Below the pieces are notes generated by a model, which was not told where the DNA came from, searched no databases, and worked only from the letters and a program-made list of their open reading frames with translations. Of a DNA stretch of 64,000 bases, positions 56,535 through 64,000 are shown piece after piece; within the stretch, counting starts at the first letter, position 1; the number at the start of each line of letters is the position of its first letter. A program made the translations under genes and the position numbers. This DNA is from an uncultured Clostridia bacterium (GTDB lineage: Bacteria > Bacillota > Clostridia > TANB77 > CAG-508): the NCBI GenBank assembly GCA_944386735.1, contig CALXCH010000001.1, positions 2,218-66,217 of the forward strand, read 5' to 3'.

Positions 56535-59465
56535 GTGGATAAAGATACCCAAAAACAAGAAAATATTCAAACAGAAGGAAATGAAACAAAAAAGGTAGAA
56601 ACAAAGGAAAAAGAAGTTACAAAGAAGAAAAATAGTAAAACTAGAATGTTACTTGTTATTTTATTTTTAATAGTATTTGCAATAGTTAGTTATGTGCAAT
56701 TAAGGGGAAGTTATTTAGAATATTTAGAATTAGGACAAGATTATACTAATGTTTTTACAACAAATATAACTTATCGTTATACAATTATGGTTGTTATTTT
56801 CCTTCTTCTATATATTATTATTTATTTTACAAATAGAGGAATAAAAAAAGGATTAAAAGTATTTTTTGATAATGAAAATAAAACACAACCAAAACTCCCA
56901 AATAAATCTTTAGCACTAGTAATATCAGCGATAGTAAGCTTTTTTACATCATCAGCTATTATGCAAAAGATAATGATAGCGACTAGTGGAGCATCATTTG
57001 GAATACAAGACCCAATATTTGGATTAGATATTTCATATTATATGTTTTTAAAACCATTGATAGAAACATTGGTATTATATTTTGTAATATTATTTGTAAG
57101 TTTATCAATATATATGGCTATATATTATATTATAGTATTTAACCGTTATTTTGATGGTGTAGACGGTAAAATGTTAAAAGAAAGCCTATTTATGAAAAAA
57201 TTACTTAGAAATGTAATGTTAATAGTAATAGGTATTGCCATTTTAACTGTTTTAGGTACTCAAAATGTAATGTTTGGAAAAATACTTACAGTAGGAGACA
57301 ATATAGAGATAAATGGAGCTGGAATGACGGAAGCAACAGTTCAAGTTTGGGGATATGTAATATTTGCACTTGTAATAATAATTTTTGCATATAGAGCTTT
57401 AAGAGCATTTAAAGCAGAAAATACAAATAAAGTATTAAAAAATTTAGCAGTAATACCTGGATATCTGGTTATATTATTTGTAGTAATGTTAGGATTTGAC
57501 CTAATATATGTAAATTCAAACGAATTAGATAAAGAAAGAAATTATATTTCAGAAAATATAAAAAATACCAAAAATGCATATAACATAAATATTGAAGAAA
57601 CAAACTTACAAGATTCAGGAACTATCACACAGGAAGAAGTAGAAGAAAACCAAACTGTAATTAATAATATACCAATAATTAGTAAAGATGCAGTTCTAGA
57701 AACTTTAAAAAATAATCAATCAAATGCTGGATACTATGTATATCCAAATGCAACACTTGCAAGATATAATATAAATGGACAAGATAAGTTGGTATATTTA
57801 GCACCTAGAGAAATTACTAACTCAGGTAGAACTTATAGTAATAAGACATATGAATATACTCATGGAATGGGAGAAATAATAACATCTGCAACAGAGAGTA
57901 CAGATAGTGGAAATATTAAATATGTACAAAGTGATGTGTCAGGTTCAGATGAAGTGATTAAAATTTCACAACCAAGAATATATTTTGGACTAGAAACAGA
58001 TGAGACAATAGCAACAAACACAAAAAATAAACAAGAATATGATTATACAGATGAAAATGGAACAGACCAAGTATCAATATATGATGGAAAAGCAGGACTA
58101 AATTTAGGATTTTTAGATAGATTAGTACTTGGAATTTATAAAGGAGATTTAAATTTAGCATTTTCTAGTGAAATGACAAGTGATAGTAAAATATTAATAA
58201 ATAGAGATATAGTAACAAGAGCAAAGAAAGCAATGCCATATCTAATTTATGATGAAAATCCTTACACAGTTATTACAGACGATGGAAAAATTGTATGGGT
58301 ATTAGATGCTTATACAGTATCATCTAGTTATCCATTCTCACAATATACAACAATTGAACATGATGGATATACAGAAGATATAAATTATATAAGAAATTCT
58401 GTAAAAGTAATAATTAATAGCTACGATGGAACAATGGATTTTTATATAACGGATAGAACAGATCCTATTGCTATGGCTTATAGAAATATTTATAAAGATT
58501 TATTTAAGGTTGTAGGTTTAGATGGAGAAATACCAGAAGATATTTCTAAGCATTTTGTATATCCAGAATTCTTATATAGTGTACAGGCAGAAGTATTAAA
58601 AGTATATCATAATACTAGACCAGATGTAATATATAGAGCAGATGATTTATGGGATATTGCAAAATCTAGCTCAACAAGAAATACAAATACAACAGGAACA
58701 TATATGGAACCTTATTACACAATGGTTAAAACTAATAGTGGAGAACAATTAGGACTAGTACAAATATATACGCCAGATGAAAGACAAAATATTATTTCAT
58801 ACTTAGTAGGAAGTAATGAAAATGGTGAAAATGTACTAAGGTTATATAAATTCTCTGCGGATAGTAATATAGTAGGTCCAATGCAACTTGATAAACAAAT
58901 AGAAGAAGATACAACAATTAGTAGTGAGTTAGATTCATTAAATGTAACGGGAACGAAATTGACAAAACAAATGATTATAGTTCCAATTAATAATACATTG
59001 CTATATGTAGAGCCTATTTATCAAACAATGCTTAATGAGTCTGATGTTCCACTTCTAAAGAAAGTAATAGTGGCATCTGGAAATAAAGTTGCAATAGGAG
59101 ATACTTTAACAGAAGCTTTACAAAATTTACTTTCTAGATATGCTACAAATATTGAAGTTGAAGATACTGAGGATATAGAAGGTCTTATTGATGCTATTAT
59201 AAAAGCGAACCAAAATTTAACACAATCAAATGAAAATAATGATTGGGAAATGATGGGGAGAGATATTTCAAAACTTCAAGAATTAATTAATCAATTGGAA
59301 CAAGCAAAGAAGGAAGATGAACAAGAGCAAGAAGAACAAGCTAAAGAAAATCAAAACCAAGTAGATGAAAATACAGCTAATTCTATTGATACAAATACTG
59401 CAAATGATACTAATATAGTAAATGAGCAAAATAATATAGTTGTAAATAATAAAATAAGTGAGTAA
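56535..59465 (+). CDS. UPF0182-family large membrane protein (976 aa)
   Basis: N-terminal about 7 TM helices then a large extracytoplasmic domain and a Q/E/N-rich C-terminus. Architecture and size match UPF0182. Terminator AAAAATCCACC...GGTGGATTTTT. Confidence 0.55.
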   Translation: MDKDTQKQENIQTEGNETKKVETKEKEVTKKKNSKTRMLLVILFLIVFAIVSYVQLRGSYLEYLELGQDYTNVFTTNITYRYTIMVVIFLLLYIIIYFTNRGIKKGLKVFFDNENKTQPKLPNKSLALVISAIVSFFTSSAIMQKIMIATSGASFGIQDPIFGLDISYYMFLKPLIETLVLYFVILFVSLSIYMAIYYIIVFNRYFDGVDGKMLKESLFMKKLLRNVMLIVIGIAILTVLGTQNVMFGKILTVGDNIEINGAGMTEATVQVWGYVIFALVIIIFAYRALRAFKAENTNKVLKNLAVIPGYLVILFVVMLGFDLIYVNSNELDKERNYISENIKNTKNAYNINIEETNLQDSGTITQEEVEENQTVINNIPIISKDAVLETLKNNQSNAGYYVYPNATLARYNINGQDKLVYLAPREITNSGRTYSNKTYEYTHGMGEIITSATESTDSGNIKYVQSDVSGSDEVIKISQPRIYFGLETDETIATNTKNKQEYDYTDENGTDQVSIYDGKAGLNLGFLDRLVLGIYKGDLNLAFSSEMTSDSKILINRDIVTRAKKAMPYLIYDENPYTVITDDGKIVWVLDAYTVSSSYPFSQYTTIEHDGYTEDINYIRNSVKVIINSYDGTMDFYITDRTDPIAMAYRNIYKDLFKVVGLDGEIPEDISKHFVYPEFLYSVQAEVLKVYHNTRPDVIYRADDLWDIAKSSSTRNTNTTGTYMEPYYTMVKTNSGEQLGLVQIYTPDERQNIISYLVGSNENGENVLRLYKFSADSNIVGPMQLDKQIEEDTTISSELDSLNVTGTKLTKQMIIVPINNTLLYVEPIYQTMLNESDVPLLKKVIVASGNKVAIGDTLTEALQNLLSRYATNIEVEDTEDIEGLIDAIIKANQNLTQSNENNDWEMMGRDISKLQELINQLEQAKKEDEQEQEEQAKENQNQVDENTANSIDTNTANDTNIVNEQNNIVVNNKISE

Positions 59466-59542
59466 TAAAAAATAGACAAAAAATAAATGAAAAAAGAATA
59501 AAACAAACATAAAAAATCCACCATATAATTAGGTGGATTTTT

Positions 59543-59881
59543 ATGTTTTTTGATAAAATAAAGAGAAAGAAAAAAGAAGAAAAAGAAGAAGTGAAAAAAA
59601 CCAGAGAAAAAATAAGTATATTAAATAAGTCAATAGATCATTTAAATAAAGTTCTTCAAGAAGGAAATTTTGTAGAACTTGCTTATTTATTAGGAAATAG
59701 AAAAGAAGTATTTATAAGAAATTTTTTTGCAGGGATATCAAGAGGGATTGGTATAGGAATAGGAGTAACAATAATTACTGCAATTCTTGTAATGATTCTT
59801 CAAAAGATAGTAACATTAAATATACCAGTAATTGGAGAATATATATCAGACATTGTAGAGATAGTTCAAAAAAGCAGATGA
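59543..59881 (+). CDS. Small membrane protein (112 aa)
   Basis: Basic N-terminus, one or two TM helices, RBS-less but tightly placed after the terminator. Confidence 0.4.
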   Translation: MFFDKIKRKKKEEKEEVKKTREKISILNKSIDHLNKVLQEGNFVELAYLLGNRKEVFIRNFFAGISRGIGIGIGVTIITAILVMILQKIVTLNIPVIGEYISDIVEIVQKSR

Positions 59882-59911
59882 GACAAAAGGGAACAGGGCT
59901 TTTTTGTCTCA
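59879..59911. repeat. G-loop hairpin variant: TGAGACAAAA-GGGAACAGGGC-TTTTTTGTCTCA overlapping the TGA stop
   Basis: 9-bp stem with a loop resembling the family-A loop. Confidence 0.6.
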
Positions 59912-59970
59912 AAAATAGTGCATAATTAGATTTACTATGTTATAATTTAAGAAAAAAAGAAGGTATAGAT

Positions 59971-60843
59971 ATGGAAGAATTAAAAAAAGAAGATATAAAA
60001 AATATATTTCCTAAAAGAGATGAAAATTCAAATAAAGGAAATTTTGGTTATGTAGGAATAATGGGAGGATGCATAGAATATTCAGGAGCTGTTAAGCTTG
60101 CAAACTTAAGTAGTTCTGCTTTAACATCAGGAGCTGGTGTTGTAAGACTTATAGTACCGAAAGAAATAGCAAGTGGTGTTATGCCGTATCTATTAGAGCA
60201 AACATTGTTTACAATTGAAAGTAAAGATGGACATATGTTATTTAATGAAGAAGAAATAGATAAATCTTTAGAAAAATTAAAAGCCTTATCAATAGGTATG
60301 GGATGGGGTGAAAGTAAAGATAATGAGAAAATACTTAGTTACATATTAGAAACAAAAGATATACCAATTGTAATAGATGCAGATGGTTTAAATACCTTAG
60401 CTAAAATGGATAAAAGTATCTTAAATAGAACTAAGTCTAAAGTAATATTAACACCACATCCAAAAGAATTTGAAAGAATAAGCGGTTATGATTTTGAAGA
60501 TATTAAAAGTAATCCACAAGAACTTGCAGTTAAGTTTGCGAAACAATATGATGTTATTTTATTACTTAAAGGGCATACTACAATTGTAACTAATGGAGAA
60601 GAAGGCTATTTAGTAAAAAGAGGATGCGCAGGTATGGCAACAGCAGGAAGCGGAGATGTTTTATCAGGGGTTTTAGTGGGTCTTCTAGGATATAATGAGC
60701 CAACGGTTTTAACAATATCAGCAGGAGCATATTTAGCAGGTTTAGCAGGAGAGTTAGCAGAAAAAGAATTAAATGATATTTCTATGAAAGCATCTGATAC
60801 AATATCTAAAATACCAGAAGCAATAAATGAAATAAGAAAATGA
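59971..60843 (+). CDS. ADP-dependent NAD(P)H-hydrate dehydratase (YjeF C-terminal domain family)
   Basis: Carbohydrate-kinase-like fold motifs (GGMGWGE, TPHPKEFERI, GSGDVLSG). 290 aa. Confidence 0.7.
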   Translation: MEELKKEDIKNIFPKRDENSNKGNFGYVGIMGGCIEYSGAVKLANLSSSALTSGAGVVRLIVPKEIASGVMPYLLEQTLFTIESKDGHMLFNEEEIDKSLEKLKALSIGMGWGESKDNEKILSYILETKDIPIVIDADGLNTLAKMDKSILNRTKSKVILTPHPKEFERISGYDFEDIKSNPQELAVKFAKQYDVILLLKGHTTIVTNGEEGYLVKRGCAGMATAGSGDVLSGVLVGLLGYNEPTVLTISAGAYLAGLAGELAEKELNDISMKASDTISKIPEAINEIRK

Positions 60844-60874
60844 GACAAAAAAGCCCCGTCCCTCAAATGTCTCA
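60841..60874. repeat. G-loop hairpin variant: TGAGACA-aaaaaGCCCCGTCCCtcaaa-TGTCTCA overlapping the TGA stop
   Basis: 7-bp stem. The loop contains the reverse complement of GGGACGGGGC. Confidence 0.6.
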
Positions 60875-60905
60875 AAAAAAGAGTTCGATTTTGAACTCTT
60901 TTAAA
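60875..60905. terminator. Bidirectional terminator AAAAAGAGTTC-gatttt-GAACTCTTTT
   Basis: Perfect stem flanked by A- and T-runs between convergent genes. Confidence 0.7.
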
Positions 60906-60908
60906 CTT

Positions 60909-62129
60909 TTATATTAATTTATTAAATACTTTTTTACCTTTTTTAAGAATTGCATATCCGTCTTTGAAATCTTTATCTGATAATTGGTAGTTTGTATCTG
61001 TAACTTTTTCATCATTTAGAGTTATACCACCTTGGTTGATAAGTGTTCTTGCTTGTCCTTTAGAAGGAGCCATGTTGCACTTTATAATTGCATCTAAGAT
61101 TGAAATATTTCTATCTTCTAATTTAGTAGTAGGCATGTTATCTAAGTTACCTTGTCCACTAAATAATGCATTTGATGCTTCTTCAGCTTTTTTAGCTTCT
61201 TCTTCACCGTGAACTAATTTAGTAATTTCATATGCTAGAATTTTTTTAGCATCATTTATTTTTTCATCTTTAAGGCTTGCAAGTTCTTTTATTTTTTCAA
61301 TAGGTAAGAAGGTAAGCATTTTTAAAACATTTTCTACGCTATCATCTTCAACATTTCTCCAATATTGGTAAAATTCATAAGGAGAAGTTTTGTTAGGGTC
61401 AAGCCATAAAGCACCTTTTTCAGTTTTACCCATTTTTTTACCTTCTTTAGTTGTAAGAAGTTTAAATGTTAAACCAAAAGAATCGTCTTTACCTATTTTT
61501 CTAATTAGATCAACTCCACCTATAATATTAGACCATTGGTCATTTCCACCCATTTCTAACTTACAACCATATTCATTATATAAATGTAAGAAGTCATAAG
61601 ATTGCATAAGCATATAACTCATTTCAAAAAATGTAAGTCCTGTTTCTAGTCTTTGTTTATAACATTCAGCAGCAAGCATCTTATTAACAGAAAATAGGCT
61701 ACCAATTTCACGTACAAAATCAACAAATTTTAAATCTAAAAGCCAATCTGCATTATTTACTATTATTGCTGCATTTTCACCTTCAAAACTAACAAATTTT
61801 TCAACTTGTTTTTTAATACAAGCAACGTTATGGTCAATTTCTTCACGAGAAAGCATTTTTCTCATATCTGTTTTACCAGAAGGGTCACCAATTGTAGCAG
61901 TACCACCACCAACTAATATAATTGGTCTATGTCCACATTTTTGCATATGAGATGCAACCATTAGTGAAACAAAATGACCAACATGTAAACTATCAGCAGT
62001 AGGGTCTATACCAATATAAAAAGAAATTTTTTCTTTTCCTAAAAGTTCTTTTAATTCTTCTGGGTGAGTAATTTGTTCAATGTAACCTCTTCTTTCAAGT
62101 ATGTCTATAACATTTTCCATAAAATTCAA
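60909..62129 (-). CDS. tyrS: Tyrosine--tRNA ligase
   Basis: HIGH-class motif (SLHVGHFV), KMSKS-like KMGKT and a C-terminal S4 domain. 406 aa. Confidence 0.92.
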   Translation of the reverse strand: MNFMENVIDILERRGYIEQITHPEELKELLGKEKISFYIGIDPTADSLHVGHFVSLMVASHMQKCGHRPIILVGGGTATIGDPSGKTDMRKMLSREEIDHNVACIKKQVEKFVSFEGENAAIIVNNADWLLDLKFVDFVREIGSLFSVNKMLAAECYKQRLETGLTFFEMSYMLMQSYDFLHLYNEYGCKLEMGGNDQWSNIIGGVDLIRKIGKDDSFGLTFKLLTTKEGKKMGKTEKGALWLDPNKTSPYEFYQYWRNVEDDSVENVLKMLTFLPIEKIKELASLKDEKINDAKKILAYEITKLVHGEEEAKKAEEASNALFSGQGNLDNMPTTKLEDRNISILDAIIKCNMAPSKGQARTLINQGGITLNDEKVTDTNYQLSDKDFKDGYAILKKGKKVFNKLI

Positions 62130-62137
62130 ATCCTTTC

Positions 62138-62425
62138 TTAGTTAAGCGTAATTCCGTTAAAACCAGTATCTTGATTTTGATTAATACCGTTTTGAAAATC
62201 TTTTTTATAATTTTTAAATTCAGGATATTTAACAAAACGATTTAAGTTTCTAACAGATATTCCTGTTTGATTAGAAATAGTATCTAAAGAATTATTAAAT
62301 CCATTTTCATCTAAATAAGATGTAAATTGCATAAATTCAGCTCCATCTTTTTTACTACAGTTTGGGCAAACATTACCCTCTGATACATAAAAACTTCCAC
62401 ATCTACTACATCTATTAAATTCCAT
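62138..62425 (-). CDS. Zinc-ribbon domain protein (95 aa) immediately upstream of tyrS
   Basis: CSRCGS...CPNC motif. AAGGAGG RBS. Confidence 0.45.
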   Translation of the reverse strand: MEFNRCSRCGSFYVSEGNVCPNCSKKDGAEFMQFTSYLDENGFNNSLDTISNQTGISVRNLNRFVKYPEFKNYKKDFQNGINQNQDTGFNGITLN

Positions 62426-62500
62426 TTTAAATCCTCCTTGTTTTATCTTTTGACAAATTATTCTAAAATCTACTACATTGTAACATAAATCAAAGGAAAA

Positions 62501-62923
62501 TTAAAGACTTTTTTCCTTTAAATCATTAAATTTTTTATAGAATTCAGGAATAGATTTTTGAAGACGAATAGGTCTTAAGTTTTTATCTGTAAAACAATGT
62601 TTAGTTTCGCCTGTAAAAACAACTTCTCCTGTATTCTTTTCAGTTGCAGTATAACCCATAGTAAGTCTTACTCCATTAAATTCTTTAACATATAATTTAA
62701 TTAAAATAACATCATTAAAAGTTACATGATGTTTAAAAGTGCAATTAACACCAAGAACAGGTATCATAACATTGTTATCTTCAAAAGCAGAATAAGGCAT
62801 ACCAAGTTCGTCAAGTAAGTAACATCTTGCTTCTTCCATATAACGAATATAATTAGAATGATGAACAATTCCCATTCTATCAGTTTCATAATAATTAATT
62901 TTTCTTTCATATACGTAATCCAT
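62501..62923 (-). CDS. Acyl-CoA thioesterase (4HBT/YbgC hotdog fold)
   Basis: 140 aa with a hotdog-fold catalytic-region pattern (YYETDRMGIVHHSNY). Confidence 0.7.
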   Translation of the reverse strand: MDYVYERKINYYETDRMGIVHHSNYIRYMEEARCYLLDELGMPYSAFEDNNVMIPVLGVNCTFKHHVTFNDVILIKLYVKEFNGVRLTMGYTATEKNTGEVVFTGETKHCFTDKNLRPIRLQKSIPEFYKKFNDLKEKSL

Positions 62924-63056
62924 AAAAAATCATTCCTTTCAGGGAGTAATTATATAAAAATAGTAAAAATATGTCAAATGTAAAAGATAATAAAAAGTGT
63001 ATGAAAATATCTAAAAGTATGATATATTATATAAAAATAAAAAGGGGAAAATGTTT

Positions 63057-63926
63057 ATGAAGAAAAGTTCTAAAATAATATTAGGTATAATAGTTGTGTT
63101 AATAGTTATATTTGTCATATATAAGGTCGATAGTATGAGAAGAGTAGAGGAAAGAATAACAGAAATGGCACAATATCTATTAGCAGGTATAACTAATGAA
63201 GATTATGAAAAAATTAGAAGTAATTTAAGAAGTGTAGAAGGAAATGAATTATCAGACCAAGAAATAACTAATTTTTTATTAAATACAGAGCTTTATAGAG
63301 CTACACTTTTGGATAATGGCGGAGTTATGTATGATGTAAATGTAAATTTCTTTAATATAAATGAAGGAAATATAGTATTCGGTTTTACAGCATTAAATGG
63401 AGAAAATATAACTAGAGAATTGAAATATGTAAAAAACGGAACGCATAGTTATTTTGTAACAGAGGAAACAGAGGAATGTATCAAAGAAAAAGAAAGCTAT
63501 TCAATTGATACAGATTTAGCTGATGGAACTGAACTTAAATATAATACATCAGAAGATACTCCTGATACAAAATTAAAAATATATGTATTTAAGCAAGATG
63601 AAAATGGTGGAATTTCATTAGAGATTATTAAGGAAGCAAAAGAAGATATAGAAAGAAAAATAGAACTTGGAATGAATGAAGAAATTAAGACCTTAAAAAG
63701 TATAAATGATAATTATACAATGGAATTTGATAATGAATATAAAAAAGTTTCAGTATATTATAGTGAAACTGATAAAAATAAAGTTGGCATAAAAGCACTT
63801 CCATTAAAAGTAATGTTATATTCTATAACAAAACAATCGTTAAGTGGAAATTCAGATTGGAAATTAACCATAGATTATTATGATTATAATACAAGAGAAT
63901 TATTATCAGAACAGGTAATTAGATAG
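63057..63926 (+). CDS. Hypothetical secreted/membrane-anchored protein
   Basis: GGGGA RBS 8 nt before ATG 63057, then an N-terminal TM helix. Confidence 0.4.
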   Translation: MKKSSKIILGIIVVLIVIFVIYKVDSMRRVEERITEMAQYLLAGITNEDYEKIRSNLRSVEGNELSDQEITNFLLNTELYRATLLDNGGVMYDVNVNFFNINEGNIVFGFTALNGENITRELKYVKNGTHSYFVTEETEECIKEKESYSIDTDLADGTELKYNTSEDTPDTKLKIYVFKQDENGGISLEIIKEAKEDIERKIELGMNEEIKTLKSINDNYTMEFDNEYKKVSVYYSETDKNKVGIKALPLKVMLYSITKQSLSGNSDWKLTIDYYDYNTRELLSEQVIR

Positions 63927-64000
63927 ACAATAATAATAAAAATAAGAAAATTTAATATAGTTTATTCTTAATTTTTGTGATATAATCAAAAAAATTAAGT

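Overview
This 64-kb window is AT-rich (roughly 28-30% GC) Firmicutes chromosome, almost certainly from a spore-forming Clostridium-like organism. Evidence for that: dpaA, sleB and ylbJ sporulation genes, CIRCE-controlled groESL, and a tmRNA. Most of the window is housekeeping: ruvB, queH, a dapD-aminotransferase-deacylase lysine operon, nadD-nadE, polA, uppP, murB, holA, glycogen genes (debranching enzyme, glgP), purB, groESL, ftsY and tyrS. There is also an ECF sigma/anti-sigma pair, a large SLH/Flg_new surface protein, two tRNAs (Gly-UCC on the minus strand, Thr-CGU on the plus strand) and ssrA. The accessory or unusual content is as follows. (1) Directly after ssrA there is a tandem array of three diverged paralogs of an uncharacterized, very acidic ~250-aa protein family; each copy has its own sigma-A promoter and terminator. 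(2) Directly after tRNA-Thr there is a two-gene module: a small PD-(D/E)xK-like protein plus a compact beta-CASP metallo-beta-lactamase nuclease. It is followed by a membrane protein and two small paralogs embedded in a duplicated terminator-promoter cassette; one of the paralogs is a high-GC xenolog. (3) An isolated 43%-GC orphan gene with its own perfect promoter and GC-rich terminator sits between the nad genes and polA. (4) Two families of short G-rich intergenic elements share a GGGGAC(G) core. One is a set of hairpins with a conserved loop and covarying stems that abut stop codons. The other is a set of paired direct repeats upstream of cell-envelope genes. (5) Three single-base frameshifts interrupt otherwise intact genes (an aminotransferase, a lytic transglycosylase and an RluA-type pseudouridine synthase). 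(6) A nested stem-loop RNA candidate lies between a small membrane-protein gene and dapD. No CRISPR array, integrase, transposase or prophage genes were seen.
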